DNA from: Spirochaetia bacterium
GTDB taxonomy: Bacteria > Spirochaetota > Spirochaetia > CADAEX01
Direction: 5' to 3'
NCBI GenBank assembly: GCA_963662795.1
Contig: OY759746.1
Span: forward strand, 3,712,001-3,776,000
Length of the DNA: 64,000 nt
The position numbers and the translations under genes are program-made. The notes beneath the pieces are model-generated. The model saw only the letters and a program-made list of their open reading frames with translations. It was not told the DNA's origin and made no database searches. Positions 29,593 through 40,601 of the stretch are shown in pieces. The first letter of the stretch is position 1; each line of letters starts with the position of its first letter.

Positions 29593-30850
29593 CTTTGTAT
29601 TCCTTCTTGTTATCGGAGTTCCAATTGCGTATGCTCTCGGCCTTTCAGGACTTGCCTATTTTCACTTTATCCATCCTGAACTGATATCGATTCTTCCCCA
29701 GAGACTCCTTTCAGGCATGGACTCATATGCCATGATCGCCCTGCCCCTTTTCATATTAATGGGACTGCTTATGAATGAAGGGGGGATTACCAAAAGATTA
29801 ATCAATTTCAGCCTGTTATTCGTTGGAAAAATGCGCGGAGGTCTTGGTCTTGTAAATGTTATTTCCAGCATGATTTTCGGAGGAATTTCGGGATCATCTG
29901 TAGCAGATACAGCTTCAATAGGAGCTGTACTGATTCCTGAAATGAAAAAAGAAGGCTATCCTCTCGAATTCTCAAGCGGGATAACAGTTGCTTCCTCCAC
30001 AATGGGTATGATAATTCCGCCAAGTGTCCCTATGGTCATTTATGCACTGATTGCGGATGAATCAGTGGGTAAACTCTTTTTAGGAAGCCTTATACCGGGA
30101 ATAATGATAGGGTTTCTTATGATCGGGATTACAATAATTATTTCATATTTAAAAAAATATCCCCGGGAGGAAATAAAACTAACCGGCATGGAAATTGTTG
30201 CACGGATCAGGCAGTCTCTTGTTGCCCTTATCATGCCTCTCTTTGTAATAGGAGCAGTGGTGGCAGGAATAGCAACGGCAACCGAATCAGCAGGAATCGG
30301 GGTTTTATACGCTTTGATAGTAGGCCTCTTTCTTTTCAAAGGTTTCAGCTTAAAACAGGTCCCGTCCCTGATAAGAAACTCAATTCAGACAAGCGCAAAT
30401 GTAATGATAATAATTGCTCTCTCAAAACTATATATATGGATTCTTGCAATTGAAAAAGTCCCGCAGATGCTGTCCCTTTTCATGGGCGGTCTTGATTCTC
30501 CGGTATGGATTATATTGGTAGTTGTCAATCTGGTTATTTTGCTTACTGGAACATTTGTTGATGTAAGTCCGGCCATTCTGCTGCTTGCTCCTGTACTGCT
30601 TCCTTCCATGGCTGTAATCGGTGTTTCATCAATTCAGTTCGGAGTTCTGCTTATCGCAGGCCTGGCCGTAGGCCTTGTAACCCCTCCGGTCGGGATGTGT
30701 TTAAATGTTGCTTCAGCAATATCGGGGCTGAAAATAACTACAATTTTTAAGGCAGCCGTACCTTTTCTGCTGGCAAACATTATTACACTCCTGGCAATTT
30801 CTTTTTTCCCCCAGGTTACACTCTGGCTTCCAGGGTTACTTATGAAATAA
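29573..30850 (+). CDS. dctM: TRAP large permease
   Basis: GVPIAYALG, ALPLFILMG.LM..GG, GISGSSVAD, IIPPSVPM, TPPVG; ATG 29573 after GGGGG SD. Confidence 0.95.
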   Translation: MQILLISFVFLLVIGVPIAYALGLSGLAYFHFIHPELISILPQRLLSGMDSYAMIALPLFILMGLLMNEGGITKRLINFSLLFVGKMRGGLGLVNVISSMIFGGISGSSVADTASIGAVLIPEMKKEGYPLEFSSGITVASSTMGMIIPPSVPMVIYALIADESVGKLFLGSLIPGIMIGFLMIGITIIISYLKKYPREEIKLTGMEIVARIRQSLVALIMPLFVIGAVVAGIATATESAGIGVLYALIVGLFLFKGFSLKQVPSLIRNSIQTSANVMIIIALSKLYIWILAIEKVPQMLSLFMGGLDSPVWIILVVVNLVILLTGTFVDVSPAILLLAPVLLPSMAVIGVSSIQFGVLLIAGLAVGLVTPPVGMCLNVASAISGLKITTIFKAAVPFLLANIITLLAISFFPQVTLWLPGLLMK

Positions 30851-30870
30851 TTTTTAAAAAGGATAAATAA

Positions 30871-31701
30871 ATGGACATTAGACATCCGGTTCACCCGGAA
30901 CATGGAAAAAATCTTGACACGGAGAAACTCAGGAAGGAGTTTCTTATAACAGGCCTCTTCAAAGACGATTCGGTAAATCTGACATACAGTCATGTTGACA
31001 GGATTATTGTCGGGGGCATCAAACCGGTAAAAAAAACACTTACACTAAGCGGCGGAAAGGAACTCGGCTCGGATTATTTTCTTGAAAGAAGGGAAATGGG
31101 TGTAATCAATGTCGGAGGCGCCGGCACGGTTACCGTAGACGGTAAAAAATATTCCCTTGAAAACGAAGACGGTATGTATATCGGCATGGGCTCAAAAGAA
31201 CTTCTTTTTTCTTCTTTGTCAGCGGAAAATCCGGCATATTTTTATTTAAACAGCACACCTGCCCATCATAAATATCCGGATGTAAAAATTGCGATTAAAG
31301 ATGCAAGGCCAGTTCAGATGGGAGATGATAAAACATCCAACCGCAGAACAATTTACCAATACCTTCACCCGGATGTACTTGAAACCTGCCAGCTCTCAAT
31401 GGGGCTTACCAAACTTGCCCCTGCCAATGTATGGAATACAATGCCTGTTCATACGCATGAAAGAAGAATGGAAGTATATTTTTATTTTAATATTCCGGAA
31501 AAAAATGTTGTTTTCCACCTGCTGGGGGAACCATCAGAGACACGCCATATTGTAGTCAGAAATCTTGAGGCAGTCATCAGTCCCAGCTGGTCAATTCATT
31601 CCGGAGTCGGTTCATCCAGTTATACATTTATATGGGGAATGGCAGGTGAAAATAAAACTTTCACTGACATGGATCATGTTGATATGGATACACTTAAATA
31701 G
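30871..31701 (+). CDS. kduI: 5-dehydro-4-deoxy-D-glucuronate (DKI) isomerase
   Basis: [58 protein letters not shown]. Confidence 0.97.
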   Translation: MDIRHPVHPEHGKNLDTEKLRKEFLITGLFKDDSVNLTYSHVDRIIVGGIKPVKKTLTLSGGKELGSDYFLERREMGVINVGGAGTVTVDGKKYSLENEDGMYIGMGSKELLFSSLSAENPAYFYLNSTPAHHKYPDVKIAIKDARPVQMGDDKTSNRRTIYQYLHPDVLETCQLSMGLTKLAPANVWNTMPVHTHERRMEVYFYFNIPEKNVVFHLLGEPSETRHIVVRNLEAVISPSWSIHSGVGSSSYTFIWGMAGENKTFTDMDHVDMDTLK

Positions 31702-31712
31702 GAGTTTTTATT

Positions 31713-32474
31713 ATGATACTGGAAATTTTTTCTTTAAAGGGAAAAACAGCAATTGTCACCGGCGCGAGTACGGGACTGGGACAGGGAATAAGCTGCGGAC
31801 TGGCAGAAGCAGGTGCCTCAATAGTAGGAGTGGACTATGTAAAATCTGATGAGACCAAAGCGATTGTTGAAAAAGCAGGAGTTCCATATCTGGAGATAGT
31901 CGCTGATCTCATGACAATAAAACCTATTAATCAGATTATTGAAAATTCAGTGAGAAAATTCTCACATATTGATATTCTCGTCAACAATGCCGGTATTATA
32001 AGACGCGAGGACGCAATAGATTTTTCTGAAAAAGACTGGGATGACGTTATGAACATCAATGTAAAAACAGTTTTCTTTTTTGCACAGGCAGCTGCCAGAC
32101 AGTTTATCAGACAGAAAACAGGCGGCAAAATAATCAATATAGCCTCCATGCTCTCTTTTCAGGGGGGGATAAGAGTTCCTTCCTATACCGCCAGTAAAAG
32201 CGGAGTTATGGGAATAACAAGACTATTGGCAAACGAGTGGGCCAAATACAATATAAATGTTAATGCGCTTGCTCCCGGCTACATGGCGACAAACAATACT
32301 CAGCAGTTGAGAGCTGATAAGGAACGCAGCGCGGAAATTCTTGAAAGGATACCTGCCGGACGGTGGGGCCTGCCGGACGATGTAAAAGGCCCGGCTGTTT
32401 TTCTGGCTTCTTCAGCCTCAGATTATATTAACGGATACACCATTGCAGTTGACGGAGGCTGGCTTGCGAGATAG
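31713..32474 (+). CDS. kduD: 2-dehydro-3-deoxy-D-gluconate 5-dehydrogenase
   Basis: TGASTGLGQG, NNAGIIRR, ASMLSFQGGIRVPSYTASKSG, VDGGWLAR. Confidence 0.97.
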   Translation: MILEIFSLKGKTAIVTGASTGLGQGISCGLAEAGASIVGVDYVKSDETKAIVEKAGVPYLEIVADLMTIKPINQIIENSVRKFSHIDILVNNAGIIRREDAIDFSEKDWDDVMNINVKTVFFFAQAAARQFIRQKTGGKIINIASMLSFQGGIRVPSYTASKSGVMGITRLLANEWAKYNINVNALAPGYMATNNTQQLRADKERSAEILERIPAGRWGLPDDVKGPAVFLASSASDYINGYTIAVDGGWLAR

Positions 32475-32500
32475 TGGGCTGTTCTTTTAAACTTGAACTG

Positions 32501-32528
32501 AAACCGCCGTTTAACCGGCGGTTTTTTT
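32501..32528 (+). terminator. intrinsic terminator after kduD (likely bidirectional with kdgK)
   Basis: AAACCGCCG-TTTAAC-CGGCGGTTT-TTTT. Confidence 0.85.
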
Positions 32529-32573
32529 ACGTATTGCTATAAAAAATCATGTTCTGATTTCAATCATTGACTT

Positions 32574-33680
32574 TTACCGTTCTACCCTGGCGTTACCGCC
32601 GGAAGCCAGTTTTCGTACTTCCTCAAGGGAGGCCATTGAAGTGTCCCCGGGTGTTGTCATAGCCAGTGCGCCATGTGCTGCACCGTAATTAACGCACTCT
32701 TCAGGACTTAACCCCGCCATAAAACCGTAGATAAGGCCGGAAGCAAAACTGTCTCCTCCGCCTACCCTGTCATATATCTCAAGATTATTCCTCTGGGAAG
32801 ACTGGTAAAAACTACCATTATAGTACATCAAAGCGCTCCAGTCATTGAAACCGGCGCTCCTTACGTCACGCAGTGTTGTTGCAACCGCCTTGAAACCGGG
32901 ATATTTTTCCACAGCCTGTAAAATCATATTTTTATAGTTTGAAGAATCAAGGCCTGTAATGCTTTTTCCGAGACCATCAACTTCAAATCCAAGAGCAGCA
33001 GTAAAATCTTCCTCGTTGCCTATCATTACATCAACATATTTTGCTATTTCCCTGTTGACTTCTCTTGCATGTTCCCTGCCTCCGTTACTTTTCCACAGCG
33101 AAGGACGGTAATTGAGGTCATAAGAGATTACAGTTCCGGCATTTCTGGCCGCTTTCATGGCTTCTATTGTCAGCATGGCAGTACTCTCAGAAAGGGCAGC
33201 AAAAATCCCCCCGGTATGAAACCATCTGACCCCGTCTTCTTCGAACAGTTTTTTCCAGTCAATGTCCCCGGGTTTCAGCACGGATGCGGCTGTATGCGCC
33301 CTGTCTGACACTCCCTTTGCTCCGCGTACTCCGAAACCCTTCTCGACAAAATTAAGCCCCTGCCTGTATTCCCTACCAATTCCGTCATACGGAAACCATC
33401 TGCTGTATGAATAATCCACACCACCCTGGCAGATAAAATCCTCAAGCAGGTATCCGAGATCATTTTCAGGAATTCCTGTAACAACTGCAGTTTTTAGCTT
33501 AAAACATTTTCTTAGGCCGCGTATAACATTGTATTCTCCGCCGCCTTCCCATACTTTAAAGGATCTGGCAGACTTGATACGGCTGTCTCCGGGGTCAAAT
33601 CTTAGCATAATTTCACCAAGCGCTACTGCATCCCAGCGGCAGTTTTCCTGTTTTTTTATCTGAAGACTTTCCATACTCAC
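32574..33680 (-). CDS. kdgK: 2-keto-3-deoxygluconate kinase (PfkB family)
   Basis: GEIMLRFDPG, GGGEYNV, SYDLNYRPSLW, GNEED, DRVGGGDSFASG. Confidence 0.92.
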   Translation of the reverse strand: MSMESLQIKKQENCRWDAVALGEIMLRFDPGDSRIKSARSFKVWEGGGEYNVIRGLRKCFKLKTAVVTGIPENDLGYLLEDFICQGGVDYSYSRWFPYDGIGREYRQGLNFVEKGFGVRGAKGVSDRAHTAASVLKPGDIDWKKLFEEDGVRWFHTGGIFAALSESTAMLTIEAMKAARNAGTVISYDLNYRPSLWKSNGGREHAREVNREIAKYVDVMIGNEEDFTAALGFEVDGLGKSITGLDSSNYKNMILQAVEKYPGFKAVATTLRDVRSAGFNDWSALMYYNGSFYQSSQRNNLEIYDRVGGGDSFASGLIYGFMAGLSPEECVNYGAAHGALAMTTPGDTSMASLEEVRKLASGGNARVER

Positions 33681-34357
33681 CCTTTTTTCCTTTTCAGTCT
33701 TGAAAGTATTTCTCTTGCCTTTAAAAGTTTTTTCGTTATTGAATTATAATCAAAATCATTTCCAATTACAGACGGGATTAATGAAGAACCAAGACCTACA
33801 CACGCGGCACCGGAACTAAACCATGCCGAAAGAGAGTCTTCCGTAGGCTCAACACCGCCTGTCGGCATTATATTGCTACGGGGACATGGACCGGCAAGGG
33901 CCTTTATGAATGCGGGCCCCCCAACCTGTGTACCGGGAAAAACCTTGCAGATTTCGACTCCCAGCTCTTCCGCATTATGTATTTCTGTCACGCTTCCGCA
34001 GCCGGGGGAATAGGGAATTTTTCTTTTATTGCAAAGATATGCAGTCTCTTTATCCAGAAAAGGGGCTACGATAAAATTTGCTCCATGCTGAATAAAAAGT
34101 GAAGCAGTAAACGGATCGGGAATCGACCCTGCTCCCAGAATGATATTACTGTGATTTTCCCTTGCGTATTTCTCCAGTTTCATGAAAATATCCACGGCAG
34201 AGTCCCCCCTGTTTGTAAATTCCAGTGTTCTTATTCCACCGGCGGCGCAGGCAGATAAAATTTTTTTAGATATTTCAAGACTGCTGTTATAGAAAACAGG
34301 TACAAGCCCTCCTTCAATCATGGCATTAATTGTTTCAATTCTGGAAAATCTCGGCAT
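33677..34357 (-). CDS. eda: KDPG/KHG aldolase
   Basis: LEFTNRGD, LGAGS, GANFIV, PGCGSVTEI, KVFPG, MPTGGV. Confidence 0.92.
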   Translation of the reverse strand: MPRFSRIETINAMIEGGLVPVFYNSSLEISKKILSACAAGGIRTLEFTNRGDSAVDIFMKLEKYARENHSNIILGAGSIPDPFTASLFIQHGANFIVAPFLDKETAYLCNKRKIPYSPGCGSVTEIHNAEELGVEICKVFPGTQVGGPAFIKALAGPCPRSNIMPTGGVEPTEDSLSAWFSSGAACVGLGSSLIPSVIGNDFDYNSITKKLLKAREILSRLKRKKG

Positions 34358-34444
34358 TATTATCTCCTGATACTTGTATTTTTTTCCACATTATGGTACT
34401 CTTTATTATTATATGAAAATTATTGGAGAATTGTCAATAAATAA

Positions 34445-35236
34445 ATGAAAGAAAATACAACAGGGCTTAATTCAAGTGAAATCAAAAATCCGGTTCAATC
34501 GATTACAAGAGCTTTTGATATACTGGAAACACTTTCAGTTAATACTCAGGGTCTTTCCCTGACAGAAATATCCGGCAAACTTGCTCTCCATAAAAGCACT
34601 ACCCACCGGATCCTTTCAGCACTTTGTGAAAGAAAATATATTGAAAAACAGGGCAGGACTTATAAACTTGGACTTGAATTCATCCATTTATCCAGTCAAT
34701 ACCTTAACAGTCTTGAACTAAAAACAGAAGCTGAACCTTTTTTAAAGGAACTCTCGGGGATGACAAACCAGACAGTTTTTATGGCAATAAGAGATAAAAA
34801 CGAAATTGTGTATATCGACAAGATTGAGCAGTTCAGCAGCCTGAGGCGTTATTCTGTAATCGGGACACGGCTTCCTCTTTATTGTACATCATTGGGAAGG
34901 GCATTTCTGATGTGTGAAAAAGATACAGAACTAAAAGAAACATTGAAACAGCTTGAAATCAAACAGCGCACCCCTAAAACAATAACTGATCCGGCTGTGC
35001 TTGAATCCCTTATAAAAAATTTTCGTGCCGGTGGCTGGACAGAGGACAATGAGGAAAACCAAAATGGAGTCAGATGCGCCGGAGCTCCAATTTTTGATTA
35101 CCGAAATAAAATTATCGCGGCAATCAGCACTGTATGGGATGCTGAGAATTCAGATATCGATTCTGAAAAAACAGGCAGGCTGGTAAAAAAAACTGCAGAA
35201 AGAATTTCCGAAAGGTTTGGCTGGATTGTTCCCTGA
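34445..35236 (+). CDS. IclR family (KdgR-like) transcriptional regulator
   Basis: VQSITRAFDILE, LHKSTTHRIL, PLYCTSLGRA, DNEE...GVRC.GAPI; divergent from eda. Confidence 0.93.
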   Translation: MKENTTGLNSSEIKNPVQSITRAFDILETLSVNTQGLSLTEISGKLALHKSTTHRILSALCERKYIEKQGRTYKLGLEFIHLSSQYLNSLELKTEAEPFLKELSGMTNQTVFMAIRDKNEIVYIDKIEQFSSLRRYSVIGTRLPLYCTSLGRAFLMCEKDTELKETLKQLEIKQRTPKTITDPAVLESLIKNFRAGGWTEDNEENQNGVRCAGAPIFDYRNKIIAAISTVWDAENSDIDSEKTGRLVKKTAERISERFGWIVP

Positions 35237-35406
35237 ATAAAATTAAACAAAAGGACAGTTTTTTTTGACTTCAGACTTACTTTCCTGCTTTTTCCTGCAA
35301 AAATAATTATAGCTATATTTGCTGATCCGGGGAAATAATAAATACTTTAATATTTTATAATCTGCAATATATGGAAATCAGTTTCAAAGAAAAATATTTA
35401 TTTAAA

Positions 35407-36669
35407 TTATAAACTTTTGAATTTGTTTTTATCATTTGATCGAACATTATTTCTGCTTATCCGGTGTGTTTCTATAGGGATTTCTTTTTGAACGTGTTTA
35501 AATGTTTTAATAATATCAGGATCAAAATAAGAACCAGACCAGTCATTAATTATTTTCACAGCCTCTTCATGAGACATGCTTTTTTTATAAGGTCTTTTTG
35601 ATACAAGAGCATCATATACATCAGCCAGCGCCATAATCCTGGCAGATAAAGGGATCTGATCTTCTTTAAGTCCATAAGGATATCCAGTGCCATCCCAGCG
35701 TTCATGATGATGACGGGCAATTTCAATTGCTATATCAAAAATACTTCTCCCGCTGATTTCTCTCTGGGCATCTTCCAATATCTCAGCACCTATTAATGTG
35801 TGCTTTTTCATTTCTTCAAATTCCTCAGCTGTCAATTTCCCGGATTTCAGAAGTATTGAATCAGATATCCCTATTTTACCTATATCATGAAGAGTTGATG
35901 CCTTTACACAGTCTGCAATATATATTTGTGAGATATACCTGGAATACTTTGATATTTTCTTAAGACGTATAAGAATTTTCTCAACAATGACAGATACCCT
36001 TCCAAGATGATTTTGTGTTTCCTTATCTCTTATTTCAGAGACATATCCCAATATTTTAAAAGTAGAATCATATATCTCCTGAGTTTTTCTGTTTTTAATA
36101 ATGTCAAGCCCAAGTATAAGTTTCTTTAGATAAAAGGTCACACCAATAATGCCAATAATTGAACCAGCTAAGATAACAGGAAGAATCCAATCATTGTAGT
36201 CTAATTTAAATATATTCAAATATATAATCGCCATGATATTCAGAATTACAAATGCAACGGTAAATCTCTTTTTTGTCAGAAAAATAGACAGGATCATGGG
36301 GAAAAGAACCATTATATTATTATGAGAATACAACTCAGAGCCCATAGTGTTGATAGCAATCATGGTAGCAGAAAGAGTAATAAGCATTATATGATTACCG
36401 GCTTCAACAAACCCGCTTCGGATTACAAAATAAGATAAAATCATTAATAAATTAAAAAAATTGAATATAATTACGCCGTTGGATAATGCTTTAATAATTA
36501 GTAAATGTTGTAAGTTATGCGCATTGTTAATTACAGTATAAAGAACAAGCAGAAACATATTTATTTTTAAATGTATTTCTTTTATGAAATCTACCTGTTC
36601 AATCATTGCGAGTCTCCGGGCAGTAACATCTTTTAGCGAAATTGTATTATAGGAACTGGTATAAATCAA
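35407..36669 (-). CDS. membrane-anchored HD-GYP c-di-GMP phosphodiesterase (start uncertain, ATG 36606 possible)
   Basis: Multi-TM N-terminus; RDKET..H..RV, LHDIGKIGI, HHERWDGTGYP, ADVYDAL.SKRPYK. Confidence 0.9.
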   Translation of the reverse strand: MIYTSSYNTISLKDVTARRLAMIEQVDFIKEIHLKINMFLLVLYTVINNAHNLQHLLIIKALSNGVIIFNFFNLLMILSYFVIRSGFVEAGNHIMLITLSATMIAINTMGSELYSHNNIMVLFPMILSIFLTKKRFTVAFVILNIMAIIYLNIFKLDYNDWILPVILAGSIIGIIGVTFYLKKLILGLDIIKNRKTQEIYDSTFKILGYVSEIRDKETQNHLGRVSVIVEKILIRLKKISKYSRYISQIYIADCVKASTLHDIGKIGISDSILLKSGKLTAEEFEEMKKHTLIGAEILEDAQREISGRSIFDIAIEIARHHHERWDGTGYPYGLKEDQIPLSARIMALADVYDALVSKRPYKKSMSHEEAVKIINDWSGSYFDPDIIKTFKHVQKEIPIETHRISRNNVRSNDKNKFKSL

Positions 36670-37015
36670 TAATTTTAACTTATAGCTGATTTTTATTACC
36701 CTTATTATTTACTTTACATAAAAGGATTTAGATATTTTTCTTCAACATCCGCCACAACCTCTCACAGGTATATAAAAATAACATTTTGTTTATCATGTAA
36801 CTCCAAATAAGATTTGGTTGTTATCAGTGTGTACAGGCAATATGAGCAAGTAGCCGGTATCTCCTTTTTTTACCAATATTTAGCGGCCGGCTGTCAGTCG
36901 TCCGCTATCTTTTTTTATCCGGTTAAACCTGCACTTGTAACTTATTTATTCCATGTTTGTTTATTTGATGGAACTTGATAATGTATTCAAGTACCCCTAA
37001 ATATTTTAAAAATCT

Positions 37016-37046
37016 AAGCGGCCATTGGGATACAGGCCGCTTTTTT
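37016..37046. terminator. stem-loop terminator downstream of the MCP gene
   Basis: AAGCGGCC-loop-GGCCGCTT with TTTTTT on + and AGATTTTT on -. Confidence 0.7.
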
Positions 37047-37065
37047 ATTGCTCAAGAACTAATAT

Positions 37066-39132
37066 TTACTCAACTTTGAACTTGTCAATCTCACCTGATA
37101 ATTGAATAAGATTATTTCGTGTGTCCTGGGTTATTTTGTTTACATTCTGCACAGCCGCATTAATCTGTTCTGCTCCCGAAGCCATTTCATCCATGCCATT
37201 CCCCATTTCAACTGTTATATTTGAAAGATTCCCCATTTCCCTGAGAATTTCATTGCTTCCATTAAGCATTTGAGATGACCCGTTCTGAACCTGTACAGTA
37301 ATACTGTTAATCTCTTCCAGCGCCTGAAGGATCTGCACACTGCCTGTACTCTGTTCTTCCATAGCATTATTAATAACCTGTTCCTGATTTTTAACCTTGC
37401 TCAGATTCTCTACTATCTGTGCGAACTGAATCTTTGATTTGTCAGAAAGTTCAGCCGCGGTATTGATCTGGCCTTTTAAATTCTTTAGTACATTTGAAAT
37501 GGTTTTACCATGTACGGAGGAATTTTCCGCAAGCTTTCTTATTTCATCTGCTACAACGGCAAACCCTTTTCCCGAGCTGCCGGCATGTGCCGCCTCTATT
37601 GCGGCATTCATGGCCAGAAGGTTTGTCTGACTTGCTATATTCTGAATAATATTGCTTGCTTCAATCAAAACGTCTGAATCTTTTTCAATAACCTGCATAA
37701 TATCAACAATTGACTGTATACCGGTTTTTCCTGAATCAGATGCCTCGAGTAATTCCTCCATGAAAACAGCGTTTTTAGTTAAAATGCCTGCAACTGACTT
37801 AATATTTGCCACCATCTCCTCGATCGCTGTAGATGACTCTGTTATTGCTGAGGACTGACTGCTGATCAGGGTGTCAAGATTAACAATATGTTTTTCAATT
37901 TCTTTAACAGTTGAATGTGTTTCAGTTACTGATGTGGATTGATTTATTGTCTGATGCTTTAAGCTGGCAATATTTGCGGTAATTTGGTTCATGGAGGAGG
38001 CTGTTTCAGTCATATTTGCAGATAAATCGTTAACTATCTCCATCAAACTTTCAACTGAACCTTTAGTGGTTGAGACCATGCCGGCAAGACTGCCGATTGA
38101 AATATTAAAAATATTTGCCATTTGACCAATTTCATCCTTTGATTTTGAAAGCAGTCTACTGGTCAGGTTTCCTTTCGATATTGTATCCAGGACAGGGATC
38201 ATCTGAACAATCGGTTTTGCAATTGATTTTCCAACCAGCAGTGCAATAATAATTCCGGTAATTAAAAACAGAATTGTCCCAGCAATTACATAATTCCGCA
38301 GAACATAAATTCCGGAGATCAATTCTCTCTTTTCGATTGTTACAGTGAATATCCAATCTGTGCTTTTTACCGGCAGATATCCCGCTACTATATCTTTTTT
38401 GTTAAAATAATATTGGCCCAGCCCTTCCTGTCCCTTTAACATGGTCCGGACCACGTTCGCAAGCGGTTTCAGTTTTTCATCACTTTTTTCCGCTTCCAGC
38501 GGTGAAAACCTGTTCATAACCAGGTCTTTATTCGGGTGGGAAACAACAACACCTGAATTATTTATCATATAGGCGTATCCTGATTTGCCGAATCCCATGG
38601 AATCTGTAATTGTGTTTAAATCACCTGCGTCATTTACTGCAATGAGTATACCTGGAATTGAACTCTGACCCACAACCGGGACTGCAAATATCACAACAGG
38701 CTTTTTTATTTCATTATTAATAATTACATCGGAAAAAGCCCCTTCCCCGGAAAAAGCTTTTTTTACATACTCTCTGTCACCAATATTTTCTGTTTTACGG
38801 CTTAATACATAAGTGACCTGCCCGTCAGGTGTAACAATACCCAGATCAATATAACCTCTGTTTTCAGCCTCTGCTCTCAAAAAATTCATATATATCCCGA
38901 TATCCATGCTTTTTACTTCAGCACTTTTGGATATTTCCTTCAGGATCTGGAGATTTGAATTTATTGAATCAGCAATGAGTCTGCTGCCGACATTTGCCTG
39001 CATCAATAAAGACTGTCTGGCCATATCAGTGATTACTTTTGTTGTATTGATTATTGCAGTTAAGCCCATTCCAATTGAAATAAAGAACACAATCAAAGCA
39101 ATAATTATAGATATCTTTTTAGACAACTTCAT
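37066..39132 (-). CDS. methyl-accepting chemotaxis protein (dCache + HAMP)
   Basis: Two TMs, [62 protein letters not shown]. Confidence 0.96.
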   Translation of the reverse strand: MKLSKKISIIIALIVFFISIGMGLTAIINTTKVITDMARQSLLMQANVGSRLIADSINSNLQILKEISKSAEVKSMDIGIYMNFLRAEAENRGYIDLGIVTPDGQVTYVLSRKTENIGDREYVKKAFSGEGAFSDVIINNEIKKPVVIFAVPVVGQSSIPGILIAVNDAGDLNTITDSMGFGKSGYAYMINNSGVVVSHPNKDLVMNRFSPLEAEKSDEKLKPLANVVRTMLKGQEGLGQYYFNKKDIVAGYLPVKSTDWIFTVTIEKRELISGIYVLRNYVIAGTILFLITGIIIALLVGKSIAKPIVQMIPVLDTISKGNLTSRLLSKSKDEIGQMANIFNISIGSLAGMVSTTKGSVESLMEIVNDLSANMTETASSMNQITANIASLKHQTINQSTSVTETHSTVKEIEKHIVNLDTLISSQSSAITESSTAIEEMVANIKSVAGILTKNAVFMEELLEASDSGKTGIQSIVDIMQVIEKDSDVLIEASNIIQNIASQTNLLAMNAAIEAAHAGSSGKGFAVVADEIRKLAENSSVHGKTISNVLKNLKGQINTAAELSDKSKIQFAQIVENLSKVKNQEQVINNAMEEQSTGSVQILQALEEINSITVQVQNGSSQMLNGSNEILREMGNLSNITVEMGNGMDEMASGAEQINAAVQNVNKITQDTRNNLIQLSGEIDKFKVE

Positions 39133-39360
39133 TGAACGACCTCCTGATAAAAATAATTCAAGATTAATAGTTATAAAGCTTTATTTAAGCTTTGTATATC
39201 TCCTGAGGTACATATGCGGTTTTAAAATAAAGATTCATTATTGATACAGATTATCATAAAATACTTATTCATGATTATATATCATACACTCATGATTCCA
39301 TCTTTAAACTATAATTATTAATATCTATAATATTTTTACGCTTAAAGGAAAAGTCTCAAC

Positions 39361-40329
39361 ATGCTGCCAAATATGGATTATAAGCTCGACTCATTACTGA
39401 AAGATGAAAGAATATATATAAAACCTTTATTAAGGGCTTCTGTAATTGCAGGATTATTCATCATTCTTTCAATCTCCTATATCTTTATTTCCGGTCAAAT
39501 AGCTTTTCAAAGTGCAGATACTGCTTCTAATCTTCATAAATATGAATCCATAAAAGGTATTATTTATGTATCTTTGGCTGGGCTAATAATATTTCTTATT
39601 TTATTTTTCTCTTTCAAAAAAATTGGAAACTATGCACAGACGATTGTGAATAACAACAAAACTCTTATTCGCAATGAAGGACAAATTCTGGCCGGACTTA
39701 TTGCTTCGTCACTGGCTCATGATATTAATAATTTAAATCAAATAATTCTTGGGAATATTTCCCTGATTTCAGAAAGTTCATCATACCTGTTTAATAAAGA
39801 GATTAATGAAATCAATAATGCTTCAAACAAACTGACTCATTTAACAAAAAACCTTTCCAGTGTTGCCGGGAACATTAATAGTGATTTCCGCGAAAAAGTT
39901 AATATCGTCCAATTAATTCACGATGTAATAACATTATCCAAAAAATACAAAAACGTAAATAAATGTACCGTTATTTATGATTTGCATGAAAATATTATCG
40001 TATCATTAAATTCTCATCTCTTCAGCCGTGTAGTACTGAACCTGATTATTAATGCCGCAGATTCAATTGAAACGAATGGTGTAATCGTTATAAAGCTTTC
40101 AAAAATAAAAAATGAGATAATATTTGAAATTAGCGATAATGGCTGTGGTATTCCGGCTAATCAGCAAAAGAAAATATTTGAACCTTTTTATACATCAAAA
40201 CAGTATGGGACTGGACTCGGTCTGGTATCGGTTAAAGTTTTTGTACAGGAACACAAGGGAGAGATTACTGTCAGTAAATCGGAGCTTGGAGGAACCTGTT
40301 TTACAATAAAAATACCAGCATCAGATTAA
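39361..40329 (+). CDS. membrane sensor histidine kinase (orphan)
   Basis: H-box LAHDINN, N-box NLIINA, DNGCGI, IFEPFYTSK, GTGLGL. Confidence 0.92.
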   Translation: MLPNMDYKLDSLLKDERIYIKPLLRASVIAGLFIILSISYIFISGQIAFQSADTASNLHKYESIKGIIYVSLAGLIIFLILFFSFKKIGNYAQTIVNNNKTLIRNEGQILAGLIASSLAHDINNLNQIILGNISLISESSSYLFNKEINEINNASNKLTHLTKNLSSVAGNINSDFREKVNIVQLIHDVITLSKKYKNVNKCTVIYDLHENIIVSLNSHLFSRVVLNLIINAADSIETNGVIVIKLSKIKNEIIFEISDNGCGIPANQQKKIFEPFYTSKQYGTGLGLVSVKVFVQEHKGEITVSKSELGGTCFTIKIPASD

Positions 40330-40582
40330 GTGCTGCAAAGATGGCGGCGTGATACACTTTAAACATCATGAAAATATGTGTTGACAAAAGGGCGCAGTTT
40401 AATTACCCGCTTCATAGCTGACTATAACTGCAACTTCCCTGCTTTTACTGTCCCTTTCAATGCAGTTTACTCTTCAGGGAATCAGCTATCCCAAAAAGAT
40501 TTTAATAAAAGTTTTCTAATGTCTCACTCATAGAGTGATTATAGCATATTTACCTGTTTTCCACCAAATAGCCGGAAGCACC
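40330..40582 (-). mobile_element. ISL3-family left-end remnant with decayed transposase N-terminus
   Basis: Minus strand begins GGTGCTTCCGGCTATTTGGTGG (ISL3-like IR), TGCTATAAT, ATG 40531: MSETLENFY*NLFGIAD/P*RVNCIERDSKSREVAVIVSY...PFC...QHL, resembling ISL3 Tpase FYQQLLGL..PW.V..VE.D...EV.V.V. Confidence 0.7.
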
Positions 40583-40601
40583 TATTTTTATTGTTTAAAT
40601 A

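Noticed and set aside
35240-35400. Second att site (duplicate of the tRNA-Gly 3' end) at the island's left edge
   Set aside because: No recognisable copy of AGCGAGCGAAGGG; only weak AT-rich similarity.
36834-36905. Possible c-di-GMP-I riboswitch near the HD-GYP gene (GGCAA...GCCGGCTG)
   Set aside because: Lacks the GAAA tetraloop/CGCAAA core and is on the wrong strand for the downstream gene; an Rfam scan would be needed to revive it.
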